Positions 1 through 9,518 of a DNA stretch of 64,000 bases are shown here, one piece after another. Each line of letters starts with the position of its first letter. Position 1 is the first letter of the stretch. The DNA is taken from positions 20,121-84,120 of the forward strand of contig CAZBBX010000005.1 of assembly GCA_964490325.1 (NCBI GenBank), given 5' to 3'. Source of the DNA: an uncultured Oscillospiraceae bacterium (GTDB lineage: Bacteria > Bacillota > Clostridia > Christensenellales > CAG-138). A program made the translations under genes and the position numbers. A model generated the notes under the pieces. It was not told the origin of the DNA. It saw only the letters and a list, made by a program, of their open reading frames with translations, and did no database searches.

Positions 1-2910
1 GTCCGTGGCGGTCACGCCGCTCATGGCGTAGCTTGGCGCTTCGCCGTCCTCATCGGTAGGCGGGGGCAGCAGCGGCATGTAGTACGCGCCCACGACCTCG
101 CCGCCCAAGCCCTTGATGGCGCAAAGGTACAGCGGAAGCTGCAACAGCTCCCCATCGTACACCCCCGCGGGGTCGAAGGGCTTGCCGTGCGTTTTGTAGT
201 CGATGACGCGCAGCAGTCCGTCGGGACTGCGGTCCACGCGATCCACCCGACCCCGCAGCAGCACCACGCGGCCGTTGGAAAGCTGCAGCTGCACGGGGGG
301 CAGGCCGCCGTCCATGCCAAAGCTCAGCTCCGTTTTGAGCGGACGGAAGCGCCCCGCCGCAAGCTGCTCGCGTATGGCAAGGATGCAGCGGCGCAGCGCA
401 TCGATGCGCAGCGACAGGGTCGCCTTGAGGCGCGGGTCACGCAGCAGCAGACCATCGTTGTGCGCGGCAATGAGGGGCGGGAGCAGCTCGTCCAATATTT
501 GATCGAGGCGCGCATCGTCAAGCGTCGCCCAGTCTAACTTCTGCGCCGCAAGCGTACGCGCAAAGGCGTCCAGTCCCTCATGTAAAAAGCTGCCCTCGTC
601 GGCGGGATCCTCCTTGGCCTCGCGGCGTTCGGCGGCCTTCAGCCCGTAGACGATGTATTGGCGGAAGGGGCAGCTGTTGAATTGTTCCAGACGGCTTGCG
701 CTCATGGAGGGGGCGCGGCCGTACAGCGCCTCCGACAGGCTGCTGCCAAAGGGCGTGGGCGAGAGCCTGCCCTCCCGCTCCGAAAGGATGCGGTGCAGGC
801 GTTCGCGATACGCGGGATCCTCGCGATAGCAGTCGATCAAAGCGCCAAGCTCCTTAGGGGCGCTGCCGTCCCGCTTGGCGATGCACAGCGCAGCTGCCAT
901 GCGCGAAAAGCCCTCGGCCTTGCAGCTTGGCAGCGCCGATTCCCGCAGGGCGTCGCAGCGCGCAGCGGGAAACAGCCGCTCTATGCGGTCGATCAGGGAG
1001 GAGGGCGCAAGCGTCTCGGCGCCGTCCGCCAAGGCATAGGACAGGCAGAGCCTGCGGCGCGCCTTGGTCAAAGCGCTGTAGATCTCCAAGCGGTCTCCCT
1101 CGATGAGGCTGTAGCTGTCGCCCCAAAGGGTCAGACCCGCCTCGCGCAAAAGGGACAGCTCCTCGTTGCTTAGGATCTCGTCGTCGCCGCGCAGCAGGGG
1201 CAGCAGGCCGTCGTTGACGCCCAACACGAACAGGCTGTCCACGGGACGCGTGCGCGTGCGCTCCAAATCGCCAAGCAGCACCTGATCGCTCGTACCCGGC
1301 AGCACGCCCATGCTGTATCCCGCGATGCCCTCCTCCAGTACGGACTGAAAGTCCTTGGCGGAAAGCTTTTCCTTGCCCAAGATGGTGTACAGCTGGCTGA
1401 GCAGCTCCATCAGGGTGTTCCAAACCTGCTTTTGCGCCTCCGCATCCGCGCTGCGCCCCTCGCTAAGCGCCTGCTCCGCCTGCGCCATCAGCTGCGTCTT
1501 GAGGTCTAAGGCGCAGAGGTATTCGTAGATCGCCCTTGCCTTTTGCTCCACACTGCCGCGTGAGAGACCTTCGCGCAGCGCCATCAGCGGCGGCATGAGG
1601 ACGCTGCGGACGCGCTCGGCGGCCTCGGGCACCTCGCCGAAATGGAGCGGCTCCGTGAGGCCGCTGCCGTACAGGCCGTAGCGCAAAAGATAGTTTTCAA
1701 ACAGCTCCACATCGGCGCGCTCCACCCCCGCATAGCCGCTTTTTAGGATGCGCAGCAGCTCTTGGGTATTAAAGCCGCCGGAAGCGGCGCGCGCGGCGCT
1801 CAAAAGCAGCTCCGCCGCCGCGTGGCCAAGGATGGGACGGGTCGCATCGAAAAACAGGGGGATGTTCCGCGCACGGAAGGCGCGGCGCAGCAGCGGCACA
1901 TAGGCGTTCATGTCCGAGACCACCACCGCCATATCGCGATAGCGTACGCCCAAGCGGGCGCGCTCCAGCACAAGATCCGCCACCAGCGCCGCTTCACGGG
2001 CGCGGTCGGGCGCGCCAAAGAGCTGCACGGCGTCGGTCTCCTTTGGATAGGGGGCTGCGCCATCGTCAAACAGACCGCGCTCCAACGCGGCAAGCGCGGG
2101 ATCGCGGTCGGCTGCGGCTTTTCTTTGCAGCGGCAGGGTGGACAGGGTAAGGCCGCGTGCCGCGGCAAGCTCTCCTATCCGCTGCGCGCTGCGGCGATCC
2201 GGCTCGAACAGCGCCGCATCGGGACCATCGTCGATGCGCAGCGTCAGCGTCACGGAGCGCGCCGCAGAGGCGATCGCCCCCAAAAGGCGCAGCTGCTGCG
2301 CGGTGGGTGCGATCAGATCGTCCAAAAAGACCCGACAATGCCGCACAAAGGAATCGCCGACCAGCTCGGCGGCCAGATCGGTCTGATCCATGACGCTGTG
2401 GTACTGCGTTTGATACTGCTGTTGCGTGGCGGCGTACAGCAGGGCAAGGTCGTGGAGCTTGCGCCCCAAGAGGCTGTCGGGATCCTGCTTTTTTGCGGCG
2501 GCCTTGAGCTGCTCGGGCTCCACGCAGCACTCCCGCAGGGCGCGGATGAGGCCGTCTAACTGCTCGGCAAAGCCGCGGGTGAGCGCCACCCGTCCCCAAA
2601 GCTGCAGCTCGTCCGCATGGTGCAGCACCACGCGGCGAATGACCATGCAGCGCCCCTGCTTGGACAGGACGGGCAGGGTCTTGCCCGACAGGCGCACGAT
2701 GCGTTCGCTCAGGCGCTCCAAGCTGTAGACCTCCGCGCCGATCAGTCCGCCCAAACGGTCGCAAAGGCGGCGCTCCGCCTCGAAGGTGTACTGCGCGGGG
2801 ACGATGAGGATGACCTGCTCGCGCTTCTTGCACGCGTCAGCGATGCGATCATACAGTTCGGTGCTCTTGCCGCTGTCGGCTCGGCCGCTGAGGATGGTGA
2901 TGCTGCCCAT
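1..2910 (-). CDS. addB: ATP-dependent helicase/deoxyribonuclease subunit B (AddB/RexB); the C-terminal end runs off the window
   Basis: This frame is open from the ATG at 2908-2910 (GGAGG 5 nt upstream) down to position 1, so it has no stop and is absent from the ORF track. Hand translation gives MGSITILSGRADSGKSTELYDRIADACKKREQVILIVPAQYTFEAERRL..., an AddB-type N-terminus. In the same frame near 705 it reads SASRLEQFNSCPFRQY, and near 207 it reads RVIDYKT, which matches the AddB nuclease/Fe-S region. Confidence 0.85.
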   Translation of the reverse strand, partial: MGSITILSGRADSGKSTELYDRIADACKKREQVILIVPAQYTFEAERRLCDRLGGLIGAEVYSLERLSERIVRLSGKTLPVLSKQGRCMVIRRVVLHHADELQLWGRVALTRGFAEQLDGLIRALRECCVEPEQLKAAAKKQDPDSLLGRKLHDLALLYAATQQQYQTQYHSVMDQTDLAAELVGDSFVRHCRVFLDDLIAPTAQQLRLLGAIASAARSVTLTLRIDDGPDAALFEPDRRSAQRIGELAAARGLTLSTLPLQRKAAADRDPALAALERGLFDDGAAPYPKETDAVQLFGAPDRAREAALVADLVLERARLGVRYRDMAVVVSDMNAYVPLLRRAFRARNIPLFFDATRPILGHAAAELLLSAARAASGGFNTQELLRILKSGYAGVERADVELFENYLLRYGLYGSGLTEPLHFGEVPEAAERVRSVLMPPLMALREGLSRGSVEQKARAIYEYLCALDLKTQLMAQAEQALSEGRSADAEAQKQVWNTLMELLSQLYTILGKEKLSAKDFQSVLEEGIAGYSMGVLPGTSDQVLLGDLERTRTRPVDSLFVLGVNDGLLPLLRGDDEILSNEELSLLREAGLTLWGDSYSLIEGDRLEIYSALTKARRRLCLSYALADGAETLAPSSLIDRIERLFPAARCDALRESALPSCKAEGFSRMAAALCIAKRDGSAPKELGALIDCYREDPAYRERLHRILSEREGRLSPTPFGSSLSEALYGRAPSMSASRLEQFNSCPFRQYIVYGLKAAERREAKEDPADEGSFLHEGLDAFARTLAAQKLDWATLDDARLDQILDELLPPLIAAHNDGLLLRDPRLKATLSLRIDALRRCILAIREQLAAGRFRPLKTELSFGMDGGLPPVQLQLSNGRVVLLRGRVDRVDRSPDGLLRVIDYKTHGKPFDPAGVYDGELLQLPLYLCAIKGLGGEVVGAYYMPLLPPPTDEDGEAPSYAMSGVTATD

Positions 2911-2937
2911 CTTGCCTCCGTTGTTGCTTTGCGTGTT

Positions 2938-3456
2938 CTAAAAACTTTCGGTGTGCAGCGGGGTGTACTGCATCTGCCCCTTGACGTTGTTGCTCTCATA
3001 CAGGACGATGCTTCGCGCCCAAAATGCTTCGTTGGGAACGGTCAGCGTCAGCTTGTCATGCTCCACGGCGCGTCCCAAGGTGATGTGCGGGTCAAAACGG
3101 CCCCGTCCGTGCACGAATCCCCGCTCCCACAGCGCGGATTCCAGCGTGCTGTGGATGCGGTCCAGTTCATTGATCCCCCCCGAAAGGCGAATGAACGAGG
3201 TGCGCGCACCGCCATGCGTGAAGTAACCGTAGCCGCCCAAGCGCAGCAGAAAGGGCTTGGCGTCGCAGACAGCCTCGTGCATGGCCTCCGTCACATCATA
3301 CAGCGCATCGCTTTCCCCTAAAAAGCGAACGGTGATGTGGTGATTCCCCTGCGGGACAAAGCGTCCCGCGCTGCTTTGCATACGCAGCGCCTCCTGCACG
3401 GCAAAGACGGAGCGTTGCACGTCCTTGGGCAGGGGTACGGCAATAAACAAGCGCAA
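2938..3456 (-). CDS. thpR: RNA 2',3'-cyclic phosphodiesterase (2H phosphoesterase, LigT/ThpR family)
   Basis: The 172-aa ORF carries the two H-x-T-x motifs of the 2H superfamily (HHITVRFLG and PHITLGR) and the typical MRLFIAVPLP N-terminus. Confidence 0.85.
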   Translation of the reverse strand: MRLFIAVPLPKDVQRSVFAVQEALRMQSSAGRFVPQGNHHITVRFLGESDALYDVTEAMHEAVCDAKPFLLRLGGYGYFTHGGARTSFIRLSGGINELDRIHSTLESALWERGFVHGRGRFDPHITLGRAVEHDKLTLTVPNEAFWARSIVLYESNNVKGQMQYTPLHTESF

Positions 3457-3579
3457 ATCCTTTTTCCTCCCGTTGATGCAACTTTAGTCGCATACATGTT
3501 CTCATTTTACACGTTTTTTTTCGCTTTGTACAGCACTAACCCCCTTTTCTCTTGTCGCTTTGTTTGCTATACTTACGGC

Positions 3580-4422
3580 ATGGAAACAAGGATCAACAAA
3601 AAAGTACCGCAGCAAAAGCGCCGCCTGCTGCGCGAGGGCTGGCAGGAGCGCCTGCCCATCCGCGCCATGCTGATCGGCCTTGCGGTCGTGCTGCTCTTGG
3701 TGGTCATCCTTTTGATCAACTCCCCCACGCAATCGTATCTTGGAAGCGCGGAGATGGACGTCGTCCGTTCGCGGGGCATCCTGCGGGTGGGCGTGGACAC
3801 TTCGGTCTATGGTCTCAATGTGGACGGAAACGGCTATGAAGCGGAACTGGCGCGTGCTGTTGCGGCGGAGATCTTTGGCGAGGACGCGGAGGCTCTCAGC
3901 CTTGTGGAGGTCACGCGGCAGACCGCGCTGTGGCAGCTGCATGACGGACAGATCGATCTTGCGCTTGCCGCCGTTGCCGCCCCCGCCGACAGCGCCTACG
4001 CCGTGTGTGCCCGCCCCTTTTTGCAGGAGAGCTGCGTGCTGCTGGGCTATGCGCCGTCCGCGCCCACAACGGGCTCCGAGATCGCCGTATTGAACGGCAC
4101 CGCCGCACAGGAGCTGCTCGATACCTACCTGAAGGACAAGGATCCCTCCCTTGTCGCGCATCCCTATGCCGCCTACTACGACATGCTGGTCGCCCTGAGG
4201 GCGGGCACGGTGGACGCGCTCTGCCTGCCGCGCAGCGCGGCCATGACCCTGCTGGAGTCGGGCATGCACATCTATGAAGCGCCCCTGATCGGCGTCATTT
4301 CGTACTATGCGTTCTGCCGCAGCGAGGACGCGGTCTTAACGAACTATTTGGATGAGTATCTGTATGAACGATCGGAGGACGGCAGCCTTGCGGAGCTGTA
4401 CAAGCGCTTTGACATTGCCTAA
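3580..4422 (+). CDS. Membrane-anchored solute-binding (SBP family 3-like) domain protein
   Basis: I trimmed the ORF to the internal ATG at 3580 (METRINKK...). A TM segment (AMLIGLAVVLLLVVILLI) is followed by LRVGVDTSVYGLNVDGNGYEAELARAVAAEIFG and DGQIDLALAAV, which resemble amino-acid-type periplasmic binding domains. Confidence 0.6.
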   Translation: METRINKKVPQQKRRLLREGWQERLPIRAMLIGLAVVLLLVVILLINSPTQSYLGSAEMDVVRSRGILRVGVDTSVYGLNVDGNGYEAELARAVAAEIFGEDAEALSLVEVTRQTALWQLHDGQIDLALAAVAAPADSAYAVCARPFLQESCVLLGYAPSAPTTGSEIAVLNGTAAQELLDTYLKDKDPSLVAHPYAAYYDMLVALRAGTVDALCLPRSAAMTLLESGMHIYEAPLIGVISYYAFCRSEDAVLTNYLDEYLYERSEDGSLAELYKRFDIA

Positions 4423-4428
4423 TACCGA

Positions 4429-5592
4429 TCAAAGGATATAGTGCGCCAGTTCGCGCCGCTGCTTGATGAACAATTTGTCATAGACGCCGCTTAGGATGGC
4501 CTTCACGCTGCTCTCGGACAGCTTGACGCGCTCAGCGATCTCGGCGTTGCTGCAGCCGTAGCGCGCCGAAGACGCGATCTGATACTCGCGGCGGGTCAGG
4601 ATGAGCGTTACATTGTCCCGCGCCAGCTCGTTATGGACGCTGATCCAGTTGCCCCAGGTCTGCTCCGACTGCAACAGGATCTTTTCCTGCAGCTCGGGCG
4701 CAACACGCAAAAGCGAGGTCTCGATCAGTCCGTTGGATGGAACTAAGTTTTCGGCAAAGGGCGTGGTGATCCCGTCGGGCAGCGCAAGCTCCATGGCGTG
4801 CTCCACATGCCTCTGGGCGCGGACGGGGTCGTTGAGCAGCTGCGCAGCCTGCGAAGCCATCAGCAGCAGGTAGACCTCGGAAATGGTATAGCCCTTCTCG
4901 CGCCAACGCAGCGCCAGCGCCGTCTCGGCCACCGCCAGCATGGCTTCCGGCTTGTTTTGCGAATGCAGGTACTTGGTGTACAGGTACAGCGCCATGGGCA
5001 GCATTTCGGGTGTAAGCACATCGAAGCGGCGATCCGTGAACCAGCTCGGCAGGTTCTGCGGTGCAAACAGGCTGACGGAGATGTTCAGGATCGCCAGCTC
5101 CGCGATCCTGCGCTCGATACAGTCCTCCGCATAGCGCCTTTGGATCGCCTTCAGCGCATCCATGGCCTTGCGATAGCCCGTATAATCGCCCACGCTGATG
5201 CTTGCGATCGCGCTGACATTGCAGGCCGTGACATAGAGGGGGCTGTCCGTGCGCGTGATGCGCTGCGCCGTGGCGGCATAGGCAAAGTCGCCCCGCATAT
5301 AGGCCAGCTCGCAGCGCAGCTCTCGCTCGGCGGCGGCGTGCTGCTGCTGCGGGAGGACGTCGGCATGACCCGACTCCATGCGCAGATAGGTCGTAAGAAG
5401 CGTTGGATACAGAGTGTCATCGGCGTCGGTGCGGCGGCGGGGATCGCCGGGCTTTTTGCAGTTTGCGGGGATAAGCCATTGTCCGCCCAGCTGCTCCGCT
5501 CCTGCGATGCGTCCCTCCGACAGCAGCTTTTGCACCCTGCGCGGCGTAACGCCCCATTTGTCTGCAACTTCTTTAACGGAGATCCAATCCAT
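4429..5592 (-). CDS. Dual-HTH transcriptional regulator (N-terminal MerR/excisionase-type HTH, C-terminal LuxR-type HTH)
   Basis: The N-terminus MDWISVKEVADKWGVTPRRVQKLLSEGRIAG is a MerR/Xis-like HTH. The C-terminus LTRREYQIASSARYGCSNAEIAERVKLSESSVKAILSGVYDKL is a LuxR/GerE HTH. About 280 aa of helical sequence lie between them. Confidence 0.7.
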   Translation of the reverse strand: MDWISVKEVADKWGVTPRRVQKLLSEGRIAGAEQLGGQWLIPANCKKPGDPRRRTDADDTLYPTLLTTYLRMESGHADVLPQQQHAAAERELRCELAYMRGDFAYAATAQRITRTDSPLYVTACNVSAIASISVGDYTGYRKAMDALKAIQRRYAEDCIERRIAELAILNISVSLFAPQNLPSWFTDRRFDVLTPEMLPMALYLYTKYLHSQNKPEAMLAVAETALALRWREKGYTISEVYLLLMASQAAQLLNDPVRAQRHVEHAMELALPDGITTPFAENLVPSNGLIETSLLRVAPELQEKILLQSEQTWGNWISVHNELARDNVTLILTRREYQIASSARYGCSNAEIAERVKLSESSVKAILSGVYDKLFIKQRRELAHYIL

Positions 5593-5734
5593 TTCCCTAA
5601 GCCCTTTTCATGATATGCAATAAGTATATACGGAACTGCGAATAAAAGCAAGCCGCGCTTCCCCCCAAATTCGACGGATTTTGTGCGGGAACGCCGAAAG
5701 CTTCACGGCGATATGCAGCGTTGTCCCCTAACAT

Positions 5735-5775
5735 GGGAAAAGGGGCTTGACACGCTGCCAAGCCCCCGTTTTTAG
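5735..5775 (-). terminator. Rho-independent terminator downstream of the 5802-6284 gene
   Basis: The stem GGGGCTTG (5742-5749) pairs with CAAGCCCC (5759-5766). On the minus strand it is followed by TTTTCCC, and on the plus strand by GTTTTTA, so it may be bidirectional. Confidence 0.6.
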
Positions 5776-5801
5776 GATCGATCTTTGCTTTTACAAAGCG
5801 C

Positions 5802-6284
5802 CTATTTCATCAACTTCCACTCGCCGATGATGGGCAGCTTTTTCTTCTTGCCCTTGAGGGCGTTGACGATGCCGATGATCGCCAGCACGGTCACGGCGAT
5901 GCTCAGAAGCCAAATGATGAGGGAGATGTACCAAGGGGTCTGCGTCACCTCCACAGGAATGCCCCATATCTCTTTGACCGTGGTGACCTTGATGAGGTTG
6001 AGCAAAATATCCACGATGCAATAGCCGACCCACACGATGAACAGGTTGAAGCCCTGCTTGGCGTGGTACTGCGCGTAGGCGGAACCCTTGCGCGCATACA
6101 GCGGAATGAACACCAACGGCCCCAAATAGGCCAGCACTGCCATCCACTTGTTGTCCTCGTAGTCCTTTGTCCGCTCGTCCGACGGCGCAGCCTGATGCTC
6201 CGCTGCTTCTACCGGCGCTCCGCAGTTGGAGCAAAACGTGGAATCCTCTTCCAGCTTCGCACCGCATTTGTTGCAAAATGCCAT
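5802..6284 (-). CDS. Zinc-ribbon domain membrane protein (DUF4870-like)
   Basis: The N-terminus MAFCNKCGAKLEEDSTFCSNCGAP is a CxxC...CxxC zinc ribbon. It is followed by 3-4 hydrophobic helices (KWMAVLAYLGPLVFIPLYARK..., FNLFIVWVGYCIVDILL, WYISLIIWLLSIAVTVLAIIGIV). Confidence 0.65.
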   Translation of the reverse strand: MAFCNKCGAKLEEDSTFCSNCGAPVEAAEHQAAPSDERTKDYEDNKWMAVLAYLGPLVFIPLYARKGSAYAQYHAKQGFNLFIVWVGYCIVDILLNLIKVTTVKEIWGIPVEVTQTPWYISLIIWLLSIAVTVLAIIGIVNALKGKKKKLPIIGEWKLMK

Positions 6285-6445
6285 TCTGTTGCCCTCCCAT
6301 TGTTTAGTGTGGCGATCCCGCGAACACCTCTATGGTCGGCAAGGGTCGCCAACGCATAAACCTTTCGCGATCTCTTTATAAATATACTACAGATCTTCGC
6401 CGTGTACAATACTTTTGCGCACATCCGAAAGAATTATATTCCTTC

Positions 6446-6474
6446 TTGCCGCCTTCCTAAAAAAGTACTATACT
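6446..6474 (+). promoter_or_regulatory. Candidate sigma-A promoter for the wHTH-dapF pair
   Basis: TTGCCG (6446-6451), a 17-nt spacer, then TATACT (6469-6474), about 25 nt upstream of the ATG at 6499. Confidence 0.4.
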
Positions 6475-6498
6475 GATAAAAAAGCACGGGAGGCGGCT

Positions 6499-6843
6499 AT
6501 GGATCAACTGCGCTATACGCTGGTACTGCGTGTGTACGGCGAGGAGAAGGTGTTTGGCCCCGGGATAGCGGAGCTGCTGGAAAGGGTGGACGCGCTGCAC
6601 TCTCTGCGCAAGGCTACGATCGCCATGGGCATGGCCTACTCCAAGGCGTGGAGCATCATCAAGACTGCCGAAAAGGGCTTGGGCTTTCCGCTGCTGGAGA
6701 CGGCCACAGGCGGCCGCGGCGGCGGCGGCGCGGAGCTGACCGAGCGCGCAAGGCGTTTCCTTGCCGCCTATCGGCGCTTTGAGCAGGTCGTGCACGAGTA
6801 CGCCGATGAGAGCTTTTTGGAACTGTTTGGAGAGGAATCATGA
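6499..6843 (+). CDS. Winged-helix (ModE N-terminal/LysR-like) domain protein
   Basis: I trimmed the ORF to the ATG at 6499, which has GGGAGG upstream. The sequence LRKATIAMGMAYSKAWSIIKTAEKGLGFPLLETATGGRGGGGAELTERARRFL matches the ModE-type wHTH pattern. Its stop overlaps the dapF start (ATGA). Confidence 0.6.
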   Translation: MDQLRYTLVLRVYGEEKVFGPGIAELLERVDALHSLRKATIAMGMAYSKAWSIIKTAEKGLGFPLLETATGGRGGGGAELTERARRFLAAYRRFEQVVHEYADESFLELFGEES

Positions 6844-7676
6844 AATTTGTAAAAATGCACGGGCTGGGCAACGACTTTGCGCTCATCGACGCACGCTGTC
6901 TGCCCGAGACGGACTGGAACGCCCTTGCGCCGCGCATGTGCGAGCGCCACACGGGGATAGGCGCGGACGGCCTGCTGCTGCTGCTGCCCTCGGAAACGGC
7001 GGATGTGCGGATGCGCATCGTCAACGCGGACGGGAGCGAGGCCGAAATGTGCGGCAACGGCATCCGCTGCTTTGCCAAGTATGCCTATGAGCGCGGCGCA
7101 ATCGAGGCGGGCAGGACAAACTTTTCCGTGGAGACGGGTGCGGGCGTGATGCGCCCAACGGTGCTTACGGACAAGGGCGTGGTCACGGCGGTGCGCGTGG
7201 ACATGGGCAAGCCCTTCTTAGAGGCCGACGACGTCCCCGCACGCTGCGCCAAGGCCGTGGTGGATCGCCCCCTGCTGCTTCCAAACGGCGAGATCGTGCG
7301 CGTGACGTCCCTCAGGCTCGGCGTGCCCCATACCATCATTTTTGTAAACGACGCCTTGTCCGCCCCCGTGGAGCGGCTCGGCCCCATGGTGGAGCGCGAT
7401 CCCTTCTATCCGCAGGGGACGAACGTGAACTTCGTGTCCCGCTTGGACGAGAACACCTATCGCATTCGCACTTGGGAGCGGGGCTGCGGCCCGACCCTTG
7501 CCTGCGGCACGGGCGCCTGCTCCGCTGCGGTGGCGGGCATCCTAAACGGCGACCCGCGGCAGGTGAAGCGCCTGCTGCTGCCATTGGGCGAGCTTACGAT
7601 CGACTGGGCAAAGGACGAGCATGTGTACATGACCGGCCCCGCCGCCGAGGTCTATACGGGAGAATGGAACAGCTGA
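6840..7676 (+). CDS. dapF: Diaminopimelate epimerase
   Basis: MKFVKMHGLGNDFALID, MCGNGIRCF and ACGTGACSAAV give the two catalytic-Cys motifs of DapF. The ORF is 278 aa. Confidence 0.9.
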   Translation: MKFVKMHGLGNDFALIDARCLPETDWNALAPRMCERHTGIGADGLLLLLPSETADVRMRIVNADGSEAEMCGNGIRCFAKYAYERGAIEAGRTNFSVETGAGVMRPTVLTDKGVVTAVRVDMGKPFLEADDVPARCAKAVVDRPLLLPNGEIVRVTSLRLGVPHTIIFVNDALSAPVERLGPMVERDPFYPQGTNVNFVSRLDENTYRIRTWERGCGPTLACGTGACSAAVAGILNGDPRQVKRLLLPLGELTIDWAKDEHVYMTGPAAEVYTGEWNS

Positions 7677-7766
7677 CGGGGCTGCTGCGGGAGCTTCCCT
7701 TGCCCCTTGGAGAACCAAGGCGGCAGCGTTACTTTTTATTGATGATCTGACAGCTTGGAGGATAGT

Positions 7767-8303
7767 ATGGCAAAAAGACAAAAGACCGCATTTGAACAGA
7801 GCGCCTCGAAAAGCGAGCTGCTGTGGAAGGATCGCAAGCGCTACTTGGGCTTGCCCCTCTCCTTCACGCGCTATTCGGTGGACAACGACCGCCTGTATGT
7901 GAAGAAGGGCTTCTTCAACACCGAGACCGACGAGGTGCTGCTCTACCGCATCTTGGACATCCAGTCCAAGCGCAGCTTTGGGCAGAAGCTCTGCGGCGTG
8001 GGAACCATCGTTCTATACAACGCCGACGCAAGCGACGGCACGCTGGAGCTGAAGAATGTCAAGAAGGTCGATAAGCTGCGCAGCTTTTTGAGCAACATCA
8101 TCGAGCAGCGCCGCAGCGAAAAGGGCATCACGGGTCGCGAGATGTACGGCGTAGGCGCAGCCAATATCGGCGGCAGCAACCAGCAAAACGGCGTTGACCG
8201 CGATGGGGACGGCATCCCCGACGGACCGATGGCGCCCCCGCCTCCCCCCGCTCCCTTCCGCGATACCGACGGCGATGGCATTCCCGACAGCATGGGCGCG
8301 TAA
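7767..8303 (+). CDS. Bacterial PH (bPH_2-like) domain protein with a C-terminal thrombospondin-type-3-like Asp-rich tail
   Basis: The ATG at 7767 lies 6 nt after GGAGG; the track start at 7755 is a TTG inside the RBS. RYLGLPLSFTRYSVDNDRLYVKKGFFNTETDEVLLYRILDIQSKRSFGQKLCGVGTIVLY is PH-domain-like. The tail contains DRDGDGIPDG and DTDGDGIPD. Confidence 0.65.
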   Translation: MAKRQKTAFEQSASKSELLWKDRKRYLGLPLSFTRYSVDNDRLYVKKGFFNTETDEVLLYRILDIQSKRSFGQKLCGVGTIVLYNADASDGTLELKNVKKVDKLRSFLSNIIEQRRSEKGITGREMYGVGAANIGGSNQQNGVDRDGDGIPDGPMAPPPPPAPFRDTDGDGIPDSMGA

Positions 8304-8456
8304 GCGCCAAGCGCTCTTTGACCGCGGCAGCCGCCGCTTACCTGCTTAACGGTGTTTTTCGCGCATAAGCCGCCGCGGATCTGCCCGCAAAAGCGGCTTC
8401 TTGCTTTTTCTTGCGAAAATCCCGCCTCTTTTTCGGAAAATTCCTGCTGTCGGTGG

Positions 8457-8486
8457 TTGACAAAAGGACTTGAAATCGGTACAATA
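8457..8486 (+). promoter_or_regulatory. Candidate sigma-A promoter for yceD-rpmF
   Basis: TTGACA (8457-8462), an 18-nt spacer, then TACAAT (8481-8486), 24 nt before the AGGAG-ATG at 8510. Confidence 0.5.
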
Positions 8487-8509
8487 ACTGTTGGCTTTAG
8501 GAGTAGCGC

Positions 8510-9025
8510 ATGGAATTGTGGATCGAGGAAGCGCGTAAGCGCAACGGCGAAATATTTCCCTTCACCCTCCGCGAGCGGTTGACGGACACGGACTACGGTA
8601 CGCGTTCCCTCCGCTTTGTGGACGAGCTGACGCTGAACGGACAGTTCCGTTTCGACGGCAAGGCTTTCTTGGTGGAGGCGCAGGCCGCCGTATCCTACGA
8701 GGCCGTCTGCGCTCGCTGCAACAGGACGTTCACCCAGCCGCTGGAATTTGCTCTTTCGGAGCGATTTGTGCGGCAAGGCACGGCTTTGGACGATGATGCG
8801 GAAAGCTACCCCTGCGAGGGCGATCACATCGATCTGACGCAGGCGGTGCTGGACAATCTGTTCCTCAACCTGCCGCTTGTCGAGCTGTGCAAGCCCGACT
8901 GCAAGGGTCTGTGCCCCGTGTGCGGCTGCGACCGCAACGAGCAAAGCTGCGGCTGCTCCGAAGGTCCGAGAAACAGCGCCTTTGATGCGCTGCTTCAATG
9001 GCAGAACGAAAATAAGGAGGTGTAA
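8510..9025 (+). CDS. yceD: DUF177 / YceD family protein (large-subunit rRNA accumulation protein)
   Basis: This is the conserved partner immediately upstream of rpmF. The C-terminal CPVCGC...C.C cluster (CKGLCPVCGCDRNEQSCGC) is typical of DUF177. Confidence 0.85.
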   Translation: MELWIEEARKRNGEIFPFTLRERLTDTDYGTRSLRFVDELTLNGQFRFDGKAFLVEAQAAVSYEAVCARCNRTFTQPLEFALSERFVRQGTALDDDAESYPCEGDHIDLTQAVLDNLFLNLPLVELCKPDCKGLCPVCGCDRNEQSCGCSEGPRNSAFDALLQWQNENKEV

Positions 9026-9027
9026 TC

Positions 9028-9225
9028 ATGGCAGTACCCAAGACAAAAACATCCAAGGCAAGGCGGAACTCGCGTCGTGCGAGTAACTTTAAGCTCGAAC
9101 AGCCCAACATGATGGAGTGCCCTCAGTGTCACGAGCTGAAGCCCGCTCATACCGTGTGCAAGAGCTGCGGGTATTACGATGGCGCGCAAGTCATCGACAT
9201 GGACAAGAAGGATAAAAAAGACTGA
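9028..9225 (+). CDS. rpmF: 50S ribosomal protein L32
   Basis: MAVPKTKTSKARRNSRRASNFKL...CPQCHELKPAHTVCKSCGYY, with AAGGAGG upstream. Confidence 0.95.
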   Translation: MAVPKTKTSKARRNSRRASNFKLEQPNMMECPQCHELKPAHTVCKSCGYYDGAQVIDMDKKDKKD

Positions 9226-9305
9226 TCCATGAAGCACCGCCCATCCAAATTCGGGGCTGTCTTACGGAGACGCTAAGGCAGTCCTGTTTTCTGTACACGC
9301 ACATT

Positions 9306-9329
9306 GCGCCCCGACAGGGCGCTTTTTTT
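9306..9329 (+). terminator. Rho-independent terminator after rpmF (one of several hairpins in 9250-9400)
   Basis: GCGCCC (9306-9311) pairs with GGGCGC (9317-9322) and is followed by T7. A second GC hairpin plus T6 lies at 9379-9400. Confidence 0.6.
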
Positions 9330-9518
9330 GCCGTCAAAGACGGCTTCGTCAAAGCTTTGACCTTTTGATGAGGTGGCCGCGCCCGCAGGGGCGCTTTTTT
9401 GTTGCGCATGCACGACGCCAAAATACAACGAAGGACTGCCGCTGGCAGTCCCCCGAAGCAATAGAGGATATTATCGATTCACGAGCCTGCGTTGCCGCCG
9501 ACTCCTTGGATCGCTTGG

